A DNA stretch of 64,000 bases from Macrostomum hystrix (GCA_950097015.1 CATNEN010000039.1:12710001-12774000), one strand, 5' to 3'. Shown: positions 35,086-47,795, numbered from the stretch's first letter. Made by a program: numbers and translations. The notes: generated by a model not told the origin, from the sequence alone.

Positions 35086-35205
35086 GGCAACGGCCATACC
35101 ACGTTGAAAACACCGGTTCTCGTCCGATCACCGAAGTTAAGCAACGTTGGGTTTGGTTAGTACTTGGATGGGTGACCGCCTGGGAATACCAAATGCTGTT
35201 GTCTT
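35086..35205 (+). rRNA. 5S rRNA: 5S rRNA gene
   Basis: Copy of 908-1027. Confidence 0.97.
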
Positions 35206-35653
35206 TTTTGCCTTTCTACCATGCAATTAACTAAAACCACAGACAGCACAGGTCTGGCCTGGCCTAGCCGGGCCTCATTATTCAATTAAATAAATTGCGT
35301 CGGTTTTATTACAATTTACATTTTACACCAACTGCGAGACTGCATTATGCAATCATTCTCAATCTACATCTATAGATGTAAAAAATGCACAACAGCATCG
35401 ATTGATCGATACCTGAGCGAGCCAGCTTATACTAATTTGGTTGCAGTTTGATCTAAATTTCTCTGTTGATCTTGGCTTTTTCCAAACATATCGGCCTGCA
35501 AGTACAAAATTACTAGGTGCATAATTTTTGCATGCTCTCCCCGGCATCGAGTACTTGCAGTAAGGTACCCTTGGCCGATACTAAAATGCCTTCGGGACGC
35601 CCTAGCTAAAACAATAGTTAATTGGCGAGGCGAAATTTGATTATCGAACCTTT

Positions 35654-35769
35654 GCCGAATTCAGTCGGTCTCTTACTGCGAAGACTCTCTTTTTTGCATG
35701 GTAAGACACCGTGCGGATCCAATTGAGCGATCTGCTGTATTTTTGACAAGCCGCACCCAGACTGCGGCT
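35654..35769 (+). ncRNA. SL RNA: SL RNA gene
   Basis: Copy of 550-665. Confidence 0.9.
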
Positions 35770-36011
35770 GCCTAATAAAACTAATAAAATACAAAAGCTA
35801 GTGGTGCCTGCCGTAGAAAAGTACACAAATTTGCAAACTTGATAAAGCAATTCGCTGCATGATTACTCTTTCATTGGTTGCTTGCAATTCTTATAGTTGC
35901 CAATCAAAAATATATTGTTTTCAAAGATTGACTGATTGATTTGTCCAACCAATATTACAATATACTCGACTGAATTGAGTATATATGCCAGTTTGGCCGC
36001 TTCCAGCCAGT

Positions 36012-36131
36012 GGCAACGGCCATACCACGTTGAAAACACCGGTTCTCGTCCGATCACCGAAGTTAAGCAACGTTGGGTTTGGTTAGTACTTGGATGGGTG
36101 ACCGCCTGGGAATACCAAATGCTGTTGTCTT
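36012..36131 (+). rRNA. 5S rRNA: 5S rRNA gene
   Basis: Copy of 908-1027. Confidence 0.97.
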
Positions 36132-36580
36132 TTTTGCCTTTTCTACCATGCAATTAACTAAAACCACAGACAGCACAGGTCTGGCCTGGCCTAGCCAGGC
36201 CTCATTATTCAATTAAATAAATTGCGTCGGTTTTATTACAATTTACATTTTACACCAACCGCGAGACTGCATTATGCAATCATTCTCAATCTACATCTAT
36301 AGATGTAAAAAATGCACAACAGCATCGATTGATCGATACCTGAGCGAGCCAGCTTATACTAATTTGGTTGCAGTTTGATCTAAATTTCTCTGTTGATCTT
36401 GGCTTTTTCCAAACATATCGGCCTGCAAGTACAAAATTACTAGGTGCATAATTTTTGCATGCTCTCCCCGGCATCGAGTACTTGCAGTAAGGTACCCTTG
36501 GCCGATACTAAAATGCCTTCGGGACGCCCTAGCTAAAACAATAGTTAATTGGCGAGGCGAAATTTGATTATCGAACCTTT

Positions 36581-36696
36581 GCCGAATTCAGTCGGTCTCT
36601 TACTGCGAAGACTCCCTTTTTTGCATGGTAAGACACCGTGCGGATCCGATTGAGCGATCTGCTGTATTTTTGACAAGCCGCACCCAGACTGCGGCT
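36581..36696 (+). ncRNA. SL RNA: SL RNA gene, minor variant
   Basis: Same two substitutions as the 21337 copy. Confidence 0.88.
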
Positions 36697-36938
36697 GCCT
36701 AATAAAACTAATAAAATACAAAAGCTAGTGGTGCCTGCCGTAGAAAAGTACACAAATTTGCAAACTTGATAAAGCAATTCGCTGCATGATTACTCTTTCA
36801 TTGGTTGCTTGCAATTCTTATAGTTGCCAATCAAAAATATATTGTTTTCAAAGATTGACTGATTGATTTGTCCAACCAATATTACAATATACTCGACTGA
36901 ATTGAGTATATATGCCAGTTTGGCCGCTTCCAGCCAGT

Positions 36939-37058
36939 GGCAACGGCCATACCACGTTGAAAACACCGGTTCTCGTCCGATCACCGAAGTTAAGCAACGT
37001 TGGGTTTGGTTAGTACTTGGATGGGTGACCGCCTGGGAATACCAAATGCTGTTGTCTT
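36939..37058 (+). rRNA. 5S rRNA: 5S rRNA gene
   Basis: Copy of 908-1027. Confidence 0.97.
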
Positions 37059-37506
37059 TTTTGCCTTTCTACCATGCAATTAACTAAAACCACAGACAGC
37101 ACAGGTCTGGCCTGGCCTAGCCGGGCCTCATTATTCAATTAAATAAATTGCGTCGGTTTTATTACAATTTACATTTTACACCAACTGCGAGACTGCATTA
37201 TGCAATCATTCTCAATCTACATCTATAGATGTAAAAAATGCACAACAGCATCGATTGATCGATACCTGAGCGAGCCAGCTTATACTAATTTGGTTGCAGT
37301 TTGATCTAAATTTCTCTGTTGATCTTGGCTTTTTCCAAACATATCGGCCTGCAAGTACAAAATTACTAGGTGCATAATTTTTGCATGCTCTCCCCGGCAT
37401 CGAGTACTTGCAGTAAGGTACCCTTGGCCGATACTAAAATGCCTTCGGGACGCCCTAGCTAAAACAATAGTTAATTGGCGAGGCGAAATTTGATTATCGA
37501 ACCTTT

Positions 37507-37622
37507 GCCGAATTCAGTCGGTCTCTTACTGCGAAGACTCTCTTTTTTGCATGGTAAGACACCGTGCGGATCCAATTGAGCGATCTGCTGTATTTTTGAC
37601 AAGCCGCACCCAGACTGCGGCT
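37507..37622 (+). ncRNA. SL RNA: SL RNA gene
   Basis: Copy of 550-665. Confidence 0.9.
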
Positions 37623-37864
37623 GCCTAATAAAACTAATAAAATACAAAAGCTAGTGGTGCCTGCCGTAGAAAAGTACACAAATTTGCAAACTTGATAAAG
37701 CAATTCGCTGCATGATTACTCTTTCATTGGTTGCTTGCAATTCTTATAGTTGCCAATCAAAAATATATTGTTTTCAAAGATTGACTGATTGATTTGTCCA
37801 ACCAATATTACAATATACTCGACTGAATTGAGTATATATGCCAGTTTGGCCGCTTCCAGCCAGT

Positions 37865-37984
37865 GGCAACGGCCATACCACGTTGAAAACACCGGTTCTC
37901 GTCCGATCACCGAAGTTAAGCAACGTTGGGTTTGGTTAGTACTTGGATGGGTGACCGCCTGGGAATACCAAATGCTGTTGTCTT
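37865..37984 (+). rRNA. 5S rRNA: 5S rRNA gene
   Basis: Copy of 908-1027. Confidence 0.97.
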
Positions 37985-38433
37985 TTTTGCCTTTTCTACC
38001 ATGCAATTAACTAAAACCACAGACAGCACAGGTCTGGCCTGGCCTAGCCGGGCCTCATTATTCAATTAAATAAATTGCGTCGGTTTTATTACAATTTACA
38101 TTTTACACCAACCGCGAGACTGCATTATGCAATCATTCTCAATCTACATCTATAGATGTAAAAAATGCACAACAGCATCGATTGATCGATACCTGAGCGA
38201 GCCAGCTTATACTAATTTGGTTGCAGTTTGATCTAAATTTCTCTGTTGATCTTGGCTTTTTCCAAACATATCGGCCTGCAAGTACAAAATTACTAGGTGC
38301 ATAATTTTTGCCTGCTCTCCCCGGCATCGAGTACTTGCAGTAAGGTAACCTTGGCCGATACTAAAATGCCTTCGGGACGCCCTAGCTAAAACAATAGTTA
38401 ATTGGCGAGGCGAAATTTGATTATCGAACCTTT

Positions 38434-38549
38434 GCCGAATTCAGTCGGTCTCTTACTGCGAAGACTCTCTTTTTTGCATGGTAAGACACCGTGCGGATCC
38501 AATTGAGCGATCTGCTGTATTTTTGACAAGCCGCACCCAGACTGCGGCT
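38434..38549 (+). ncRNA. SL RNA: SL RNA gene
   Basis: Copy of 550-665. Confidence 0.9.
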
Positions 38550-38791
38550 GCCTAATAAAACTAATAAAATACAAAAGCTAGTGGTGCCTGCCGTAGAAAA
38601 GTACACAAATTTGCAAACTTGATAAAGCAATTCGCTGCATGATTACTCTTTCATTGGTTGCTTGCAATTCTTATAGTTGCCAATCAAAAATATATTGTTT
38701 TCAAAGATTGACTGATTGATTTGTCCAACCAATATTACAATATACTCGACTGAATTGAGTATATATGCCAGTTTGGCCGCTTCCAGCCAGT

Positions 38792-38911
38792 GGCAACGGC
38801 CATACCACGTTGAAAACACCGGTTCTCGTCCGATCACCGAAGTTAAGCAACGTTGGGTTTGGTTAGTACTTGGATGGGTGACCGCCTGGGAATACCAAAT
38901 GCTGTTGTCTT
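38792..38911 (+). rRNA. 5S rRNA: 5S rRNA gene
   Basis: Copy of 908-1027. Confidence 0.97.
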
Positions 38912-39360
38912 TTTTGCCTTTTCTACCATGCAATTAACTAAAACCACAGACAGCACAGGTCTGGCCTGGCCTAGCCGGGCCTCATTATTCAATTAAATAA
39001 ATTGCGTCGGTTTTATTACAATTTACATTTTACACCAACTGCGAGACTGCATTATGCAATCATTCTCAATCTACATCTATAGATGTAAAAAATGCACAAC
39101 AGCATCGATTGATCGATACCTGAGCGAGCCAGCTTATACTAATTTGGTTGCAGTTTGATCTAAATTTCTCTGTTGATCTTGGCTTTTTCCAAACATATCG
39201 GCCTGCAAGTACAAAATTACTAGGTGCATAATTTTTGCCTGCTCTCCCCGGCATCGAGTACTTGCAGTAAGGTAACCTTGGCCGATACTAAAATGCCTTC
39301 GGGACGCCCTAGCTAAAACAATAGTTAATTGGCGAGGCGAAATTTGATTATCGAACCTTT

Positions 39361-39476
39361 GCCGAATTCAGTCGGTCTCTTACTGCGAAGACTCTCTTTT
39401 TTGCATGGTAAGACACCGTGCGGATCCAATTGAGCGATCTGCTGTATTTTTGACAAGCCGCACCCAGACTGCGGCT
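39361..39476 (+). ncRNA. SL RNA: SL RNA gene
   Basis: Copy of 550-665. Confidence 0.9.
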
Positions 39477-39718
39477 GCCTAATAAAACTAATAAAATACA
39501 AAAGCTAGTGGTGCCTGCCGTAGAAAAGTACACAAATTTGCAAACTTGATAAAGCAATTCGCTGCATGATTACTCTTTCATTGGTTGCTTGCAATTCTTA
39601 TAGTTGCCAATCAAAAATATATTGTTTTCAAAGATTGACTGATTGATTTGTCCAACCAATATTACAATATACTCGACTGAATTGAGTATATATGCCAGTT
39701 TGGCCGCTTCCAGCCAGT

Positions 39719-39838
39719 GGCAACGGCCATACCACGTTGAAAACACCGGTTCTCGTCCGATCACCGAAGTTAAGCAACGTTGGGTTTGGTTAGTACTTGG
39801 ATGGGTGACCGCCTGGGAATACCAAATGCTGTTGTCTT
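39719..39838 (+). rRNA. 5S rRNA: 5S rRNA gene
   Basis: Copy of 908-1027. Confidence 0.97.
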
Positions 39839-40287
39839 TTTTGCCTTTTCTACCATGCAATTAACTAAAACCACAGACAGCACAGGTCTGGCCTGGCCTA
39901 GCCGGGCCTCATTATTCAATTAAATAAATTGCGTCGGTTTTATTACAATTTACATTTTACACCAACTGCGAGACTGCATTATGCAATCATTCTCAATCTA
40001 CATCTATAGATGTAAAAAATGCACAACAGCATCGATTGATCGATACCTGAGCGAGCCAGCTTATACTAATTTGGTTGCAGTTTGATCTAAATTTCTCTGT
40101 TGATCTTGGCTTTTTCCAAACATATCGGCCTGCAAGTACAAAATTACTAGGTGCATAATTTTTGCCTGCTCTCCCCGGCATCGAGTACTTGCAGTAAGGT
40201 AACCTTGGCCGATACTAAAATGCCTTCGGGACGCCCTAGCTAAAACAATAGTTAATTGGCGAGGCGAAATTTGATTATCGAACCTTT

Positions 40288-40403
40288 GCCGAATTCAGTC
40301 GGTCTCTTACTGCGAAGACTCTCTTTTTTGCATGGTAAGACACCGTGCGGATCCAATTGAGCGATCTGCTGTATTTTTGACAAGCCGCACCCAGACTGCG
40401 GCT
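40288..40403 (+). ncRNA. SL RNA: SL RNA gene
   Basis: Copy of 550-665. Confidence 0.9.
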
Positions 40404-40645
40404 GCCTAATAAAACTAATAAAATACAAAAGCTAGTGGTGCCTGCCGTAGAAAAGTACACAAATTTGCAAACTTGATAAAGCAATTCGCTGCATGATTAC
40501 TCTTTCATTGGTTGCTTGCAATTCTTATAGTTGCCAATCAAAAATATATTGTTTTCAAAGATTGACTGATTGATTTGTCCAACCAATATTACAATATACT
40601 CGACTGAATTGAGTATATATGCCAGTTTGGCCGCTTCCAGCCAGT

Positions 40646-40765
40646 GGCAACGGCCATACCACGTTGAAAACACCGGTTCTCGTCCGATCACCGAAGTTAA
40701 GCAACGTTGGGTTTGGTTAGTACTTGGATGGGTGACCGCCTGGGAATACCAAATGCTGTTGTCTT
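40646..40765 (+). rRNA. 5S rRNA: 5S rRNA gene
   Basis: Copy of 908-1027. Confidence 0.97.
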
Positions 40766-41214
40766 TTTTGCCTTTTCTACCATGCAATTAACTAAAACCA
40801 CAGACAGCACAGGTCTGGCCTGGCCTAGCCGGGCCTCATTATTCAATTAAATAAATTGCGTCGGTTTTATTACAATTTACATTTTACACCAACTGCGAGA
40901 CTGCATTATGCAATCATTCTCAATCTACATCTATAGATGTAAAAAATGCACAACAGCATCGATTGATCGATACCTGAGCGAGCCAGCTTATACTAATTTG
41001 GTTGCAGTTTGATCTAAATTTCTCTGTTGATCTTGGCTTTTTCCAAACATATCGGCCTGCAAGTACAAAATTACTAGGTGCATAATTTTTGCCTGCTCTC
41101 CCCGGCATCGAGTACTTGCAGTAAGGCAACCTTGGCCGATACTAAAATGCCTTCGGGACGCCCTAGCTAAAACAATAGTTAATTGGCGAGGCGAAATTTG
41201 ATTATCGAACCTTT

Positions 41215-41330
41215 GCCGAATTCAGTCGGTCTCTTACTGCGAAGACTCTCTTTTTTGCATGGTAAGACACCGTGCGGATCCAATTGAGCGATCTGCTGTA
41301 TTTTTGACAAGCCGCACCCAGACTGCGGCT
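41215..41330 (+). ncRNA. SL RNA: SL RNA gene
   Basis: Copy of 550-665. Confidence 0.9.
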
Positions 41331-41572
41331 GCCTAATAAAACTAATAAAATACAAAAGCTAGTGGTGCCTGCCGTAGAAAAGTACACAAATTTGCAAACT
41401 TGATAAAGCAATTCGCTGCATGATTACTCTTTCATTGGTTGCTTGCAATTCTTATAGTTGCCAATCAAAAATATATTGTTTTCAAAGATTGACTGATTGA
41501 TTTGTCCAACCAATATTACAATATACTCGACTGAATTGAGTATATATGCCAGTTTGGCCGCTTCCAGCCAGT

Positions 41573-41692
41573 GGCAACGGCCATACCACGTTGAAAACAC
41601 CGGTTCTCGTCCGATCACCGAAGTTAAGCAACGTTGGGTTTGGTTAGTACTTGGATGGGTGACCGCCTGGGAATACCAAATGCTGTTGTCTT
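41573..41692 (+). rRNA. 5S rRNA: 5S rRNA gene
   Basis: Copy of 908-1027. Confidence 0.97.
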
Positions 41693-42141
41693 TTTTGCCT
41701 TTTCTACCATGCAATTAACTAAAACCACAGACAGCACAGGTCTGGCCTGGCCTAGCCGGGCCTCATTATTCAATTAAATAAATTGCGTCGGTTTTATTAC
41801 AATTTACATTTTACACCAACTGCGAGACTGCATTATGCAATCATTCTCAATCTACATCTATAGATGTAAAAAATGCACAACAGCATCGATTGATCGATAC
41901 CTGAGCGAGCCAGCTTATACTAATTTGGTTGCAGTTTGATCTAAATTTCTCTGTTGATCTTGGCTTTTTCCAAACATATCGGCCTGCAAGTACAAAATTA
42001 CTAGGTGCATAATTTTTGCATGCTCTCCCCGGCATCGAGTACTTGCAGTAAGGTACCCTTGGCCGATACTAAAATGCCTTCGGGACGCCCTAGCAAAAAC
42101 AATAGTTAATTGGCGAGGCGAAATTTGATTATCGAACCTTT

Positions 42142-42257
42142 GCCGAATTCAGTCGGTCTCTTACTGCGAAGACTCTCTTTTTTGCATGGTAAGACACCGT
42201 GCGGATCCAATTGAGCGATCTGCTGTATTTTTGACAAGCCGCACCCAGACTGCGGCT
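42142..42257 (+). ncRNA. SL RNA: SL RNA gene
   Basis: Copy of 550-665. Confidence 0.9.
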
Positions 42258-42499
42258 GCCTAATAAAACTAATAAAATACAAAAGCTAGTGGTGCCTGCC
42301 GTAGAAAAGTACACAAATTTGCAAACTTGATAAAGCAATTCGCTGCATGATTACTCTTTCATTGGTTGCTTGCAATTCTTATAGTTGCCAATCAAAAATA
42401 TATTGTTTTCAAAGATTGACTGATTGATTTGTCCAACCAATATTACAATATACTCGACTGAATTGAGTATATATGCCAGTTTGGCCGCTTCCAGCCAGT

Positions 42500-42619
42500 G
42501 GCAACGGCCATACCACGTTGAAAACACCGGTTCTCGTCCGATCACCGAAGTTAAGCAACGTTGGGTTTGGTTAGTACTTGGATGGGTGACCGCCTGGGAA
42601 TACCAAATGCTGTTGTCTT
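42500..42619 (+). rRNA. 5S rRNA: 5S rRNA gene
   Basis: Copy of 908-1027. Confidence 0.97.
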
Positions 42620-43068
42620 TTTTGCCTTTTCTACCATGCAATTAACTAAAACCACAGACAGCACAGGTCTGGCCTGGCCTAGCCGGGCCTCATTATTCAA
42701 TTAAATAAATTGCGTCGGTTTTATTACAATTTACATTTTACACCAACTGCGAGACTGCATTATGCAATCATTCTCAATCTACATCTATAGATGTAAAAAA
42801 TGCACAACAGCATCGATTGATCGATACCTGAGCGAGCCAGCTTATACTAATTTGGTTGCAGTTTGATCTAAATTTCTCTGTTGATCTTGGCTTTTTCCAA
42901 ACATATCGGCCTGCAAGTACAAAATTACTAGGTGCATAATTTTTGCATGCTCTCCCCGGCATCGAGTACTTGCAGTAAGGTACCCTTGGCCGATACTAAA
43001 ATGCCTTCGGGACGCCCTAGCAAAAACAATAGTTAATTGGCGAGGCGAAATTTGATTATCGAACCTTT

Positions 43069-43184
43069 GCCGAATTCAGTCGGTCTCTTACTGCGAAGAC
43101 TCTCTTTTTTGCATGGTAAGACACCGTGCGGATCCAATTGAGCGATCTGCTGTATTTTTGACAAGCCGCACCCAGACTGCGGCT
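43069..43184 (+). ncRNA. SL RNA: SL RNA gene
   Basis: Copy of 550-665. Confidence 0.9.
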
Positions 43185-43426
43185 GCCTAATAAAACTAAT
43201 AAAATACAAAAGCTAGTGGTGCCTGCCGTAGAAAAGTACACAAATTTGCAAACTTGATAAAGCAATTCGCTGCATGATTACTCTTTCATTGGTTGCTTGC
43301 AATTCTTATAGTTGCCAATCAAAAATATATTGTTTTCAAAGATTGACTGATTGATTTGTCCAACCAATATTACAATATACTCGACTGAATTGAGTATATA
43401 TGCCAGTTTGGCCGCTTCCAGCCAGT

Positions 43427-43546
43427 GGCAACGGCCATACCACGTTGAAAACACCGGTTCTCGTCCGATCACCGAAGTTAAGCAACGTTGGGTTTGGTTA
43501 GTACTTGGATGGGTGACCGCCTGGGAATACCAAATGCTGTTGTCTT
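43427..43546 (+). rRNA. 5S rRNA: 5S rRNA gene
   Basis: Copy of 908-1027. Confidence 0.97.
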
Positions 43547-43999
43547 TTTTGCCTTTTCTACCATGCAATTAACTAAAACCACAGACAGCACAGGTCTGGC
43601 CTGGCCTAGCCGGGCCTCATTATTCAATTAAATAAATTGCGTCGGTTTTATTACAATTTACATTTTACACCAACCGCGAGACTGCATTATGCAATCATTC
43701 AGGCCAGATCTACATCTATAGATGTAAAAAATGCACAACAGCATCGATTGATCGATACCTGAGCGAGCCAGCTTATACTAATTTGGTTGCAGTTTGATCT
43801 AAATTTCTCTGTTGATCTTGGCTTTTTCCAAACATATCGGCCTGCAAGTACAAAATTACTAGGTGCATAATTTTTGCCTGCTCTCCCCGGCATCGAGTAC
43901 TTGCAGTAAGGTACCCTTGGCCGATACTAAAATGCCTTCGGGACGCCCTAGCTAAAACAATAGTTAATTGGCGAGGCGAAATTTGATTATCGAACCTTT

Positions 44000-44116
44000 G
44001 CCGAATTCAGTCGGTCTCTTACTGCGAAGACTCTCTTTTTTTGCATGGTAAGACACCGTGCGGATCCAATTGAGCGATCTGCTGTATTTTTGACAAGCCG
44101 CACCCAGACTGCGGCT
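44000..44116 (+). ncRNA. SL RNA: SL RNA gene (T7 variant), last unit
   Basis: Copy of 550-665 with one extra T. Confidence 0.9.
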
Positions 44117-44358
44117 GCCTAATAAAACTAATAAAATACAAAAGCTAGTGGTGCCTGCCGTAGAAAAGTACACAAATTTGCAAACTTGATAAAGCAATTC
44201 GCTGCATGATTACTCTTTCATTGGTTGCTTGCAATTCTTATAGTTGCCAATCAAAAATATATTGTTTTCAAAGATTGACTGATTGATTTGTCCAACCAAT
44301 ATTACAATATACTCGACTGAATTGAGTATATATGCCAGTTTGGCCGCTTCCAGCCAGT

Positions 44359-44391
44359 GGCAACGGCCATACCACGTTGAAAACACCGGTT
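44359..44391 (+). pseudogene. 3'-truncated 5S rRNA gene (first 33 nt) at the array boundary
   Basis: 5S sequence stops after ...AAAACACCGGTT and joins unique sequence GTCAACGAG. Confidence 0.9.
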
Positions 44392-44758
44392 GTCAACGAG
44401 ATTTTAAATGAGTAAAGCTTTTACCGAAAGAAAAAGTAGTGGCTTGCTGTTTTCTCGGGTGCGACTAATATTATTAAATCTAGGAATCAATTGAAAGCGT
44501 AGTCCTTCAATAGAAGGATTTGTTTAATTTGTTTTAAATTGGTCAGAAGATTTAGAAAGCACATTGTTTCTAACAATGTAATGAGAAGACTCATTGTTTA
44601 ATAAAAAAATTAGGTGTGAACAAAAAATTAAAACTTCAAAGTAAAACACGGATATGGTTTGAAGACTAATTGGAAACTTAATCACTAATGAATGAGAAAA
44701 TTGGAAATATTTGGAGAATGAAGTCGACAACTTCAGGTATCTCATTGTCTACAAAAAA

Positions 44759-47700
44759 TTAGTCACTTTTTCCACCGGCTCTTCCACGAAAGCCAGCCAT
44801 CGAGTCGAATACACCAAAGAAGTTCAGCAGCTTGGAGGACACGCTGATTGGCACAATCCTGCGGAGAGAGAACAAGAAGCGCGTAAGAATCTGTGATGGA
44901 TAACCTGAGGATCTGGGATGGATAGCCTGAGGATCTGGGATGGAAAACATGAGGATCTGGGATGGATAACCTGAGGATCTGGGATGGAAAACATGAGGAT
45001 CTGGGATGGATAACCTGAGGATCTGGAATGGAAAACATGAGGATCTGTGATAGATACCCTGAGGATCTGTGATGGATAACCTGAGGATCTGTGATGGATA
45101 CCCTGAGGATCTGAGATGGATAGCCTGAGGATCTGTGATGGATAACCTGAGGATCTGTGATGGATAGCCTGAGGATCTAGGATGGATACCCTGAGGATCT
45201 GGGATGGACAATTTGTGGATCTGGGATGGATAACCTGAGGATCTGTGATGGATAACCTAAGGATCTGTGATGGATAACCTGAGGATCTGTGATGTACAAT
45301 TTGAGGATCTGGGATAATTAGCCTGAGGATCTGTGATGGACAACCTGAGGATCTGTGATGGACAACCTGAGGATCTGTGATGGACAACCTGAGGATCTGT
45401 GATGGACAACCTGAGGATCTGTGATGGACAATTTGAGGATCTGGGATAATTAGCTGAGGATCTGTGATGGACAACCTGAGGATCTGTGATGGACAACCTG
45501 AGGATCTGTGATGGATAACCTGAGGATCTGTGATGGACAATTTGAGGATCTGGGATAATTAGCCTGAGGATCTGGGATGGATAACCTGAGGATCTGGGAT
45601 GGACAACATGAGGATCTGGGATGGACAATTAGAGGATCTGGGATGGACAATTAGAGGATCTGTGATGGACAATTTGAGGATCTGGGATGGACAATTGGAG
45701 GATCTGTGATGGACAATTTGAGGATCTGGGATGGACAATTTGAGGATCTGGGATGGACAATTTGAGGATCTGTGATGGACAATTTGAGGATCTGGGATGG
45801 ATAGCTTGAGGATCTGGGATGGATAACCTGAGGATCTGTGATGGACAACCTGAGGATCTGTGATGGACAATTTGAGGATCTGGGATGGATAGCCTGAGGA
45901 TCTGTGATGGATAACCTAAGGATCTAGGATGGACTATTTGAGGATCTGGAGGGGTGAATAACCAGTAAGGCAATAGAACATGTCTAACTGAGCTCACTTG
46001 TGAATAGCATTAGTGTAGTAGAGCAGACGGGGCAGCACGAGCAGCTCCTGATTGGTCAGGATGGCCTTGACCATCTTGTCTACCACATAGTCGGCATCTA
46101 GCAGAGGCAGGAGCAGCGGGAAGCGGCTGACGACGCCGTCGAACATGCCAGTGTTGATGTAATAAGGACAGACACAGGTGGTTCGCACCCCGGTGTGCCC
46201 GCGCGCGGCCAGCTCGAATTTCAGTGATTCGTCGAATCCGACCGCGGCGAATTTGCTGGCGCAGTAGTCGGAGAGGCTCGGAACACCTAGCTGCGGTGTG
46301 GGTAGGGGGACAAGTTACCATGGCTACTAAATAGCACTGGACATTGGTCAGTAGGAAGTAGAGAAGGACTAATGTACAGTGCGTTTAGCTATTTTCGGCG
46401 GTAGGAACAGATGAATGGGTTAAAATATTAGGGTGAAGGTTGAGTGTTGAATGGTGAGGGGTGGGTGCTGAAGGGTGAGGGGTGGTTGCTGAAGTGTGAG
46501 GGGTGCGAGCTGAAGGGTTAGGGGTGGGTGTTGAAGGGTGAGGGGTGGGTGCTGAAGTGTGAGGGGTGGTTGCTGAAGTGTGAGGGGTGCGAGCTGAAGG
46601 GTTAGGGGTGGGTGTTGAAGGGTGAGGGGTGGGTGCTGAAGTGTGAGGGGTGCGAGCTGAAGGGTTAGGGGTGGGTTTTGAAGGGTGAGGGGTGGTTGCT
46701 GAAGTGTGAGGGGTGGGTGTTGAAGTGTGAGGGGTGGGTGCTGAAGGGTGAGGGGTGGTTGCTGAAGGGTGAGGGGTGGTTGCTGAAGGGTTAGGGGTGG
46801 GTGTTGAAGGGTGAGGGGTGGGTGCTGAAGGGTGAGGGGTGGGTGTTGAATGGTGAGGGGTGGTTGCTGAAGGGTGAGGGGTGGGTGTTGAAGGGTGAGG
46901 GGTGGTTGCTGAAGGGTGAGGGGTGGGCGCTAAAGGTTGGGGGTGGATGCTAAAAGGTGGGGGTTGCTGAACGATGAGGGGTGGTTGAAGGGTGAAATCT
47001 TGGTGCTGAAGTGTCGTGAGTGCTGGGTTTCAAGGATCAGGGCACAGTGGTGAGAGTACAAATCGCATAGTTGCTGGGTGAGCAAGCACTGTGTCACCTG
47101 TCCAGCGCCTGAAGCCACGGTGACAATGTGGCCGCAGTTGCGCTCAATCATGCCAGGCAGGAGGGCTTTGCACAACCAGAAGTGGGCCTCAACATTCACG
47201 GCCATTGTGCGGCGAATCATGTCATCAGGGCATTCAAGAAATGCCCGACCGGTGACAATGCCAGCGTTATTAACCAGAATGTCGACGCGTTGGCCAAAAT
47301 CGTTTAGCAGGCGTTCGCAGGTTGCGTAGATCGCCTCCCGCGAGGTCAGGTCGCACTTGTAGGCGTGCACCTGTGGCGAGCCGGCAGCCCGGCACTCTTC
47401 GGCCACATCGTCAACGCCGTTGGAGATGTCGATGAGGGCCAAGCGGCAGCCAAGGCCGGACAGTCGGATGGCCAGCAGACGTCCCAATCCGCTAGCTGGC
47501 AAAGTAAATTTTTCGAAATGGAAGTTTTTCGATACATATCGGCTGTAGACCTGTATTATGAGTAGCTGGCAAAAAAGTACATTTTCCGAAATCGATTTTT
47601 TCGATACATATCGCTTCTAACCCACTTTTCGTAGACAGATGGCAAGCACTCACCAGCTCCAGTGACAACGGCTGTCTGACCAGAGATGTTTTTGCTGCGC

Positions 47701-47795
47701 CAAGAGGCGGGCGTGAAATTATAATAAGCGCTCTTGGCAATGTCCAAGGTGATCTGGCACAGCAGGCAGAAGATTTCATAGAGCAGCGTAAACAT
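44759..47795 (-). CDS. Short-chain dehydrogenase/reductase, SDR16C (epidermal retinol dehydrogenase/RDH10-like); exons ~47795-47654, 47495-47098, 46290-45998, 44858-44759
   Basis: Spliced reading gives TGAASGLG, ILVNNAGI, IVTVAS, DYCASK (YxxxK) and TTCVCPYYINTGMF. GT-AG introns are phase-compatible. Confidence 0.9.
44889..45949. repeat. 22-bp minisatellite (CTGAGGATCTG[T/G]GATGGA[T/C]AAC) in SDR intron 3
   Basis: Dozens of degenerate tandem copies; produces the spurious SITDPQ-repeat ORFs. Confidence 0.95.
46430..46995. repeat. 21-bp G-rich minisatellite (TGAAGGGTGAGGGGTGGGTGC) in SDR intron 2
   Basis: Tandem copies with G3-G4 runs (G-quadruplex-prone). Confidence 0.9.

Larger units (their letters stand above)
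1..44391 (+). repeat. Tandem array of 926-927 bp 5S rRNA + SL RNA units (33 unit intervals), interrupted by two LINE insertions
   Basis: Near-identical unit repeats head to tail (e.g. 1 vs 928 vs 1854). It differs only by a few recurring SNPs and homopolymer indels and ends inside a 5S gene at 44391. Confidence 0.99.

Noticed and set aside
255-44197. Short ORFs repeated in every unit (MPGRAG.., MLYQVC.., MICPTN.., MHGRKG..)
   Set aside because: They overlap the 5S and SL RNA genes, mostly start at non-ATG codons, and change with homopolymer indels. They are chance frames.
1-44391. Possible CRISPR-like repeat-spacer array
   Set aside because: Units are near-identical over 927 bp with no unique spacers; the context is eukaryotic 5S rDNA.
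44763-45997. Long SITDPQ/RSSGYPSQIL repeat ORFs
   Set aside because: Translations of a 22-bp intronic minisatellite in several frames.
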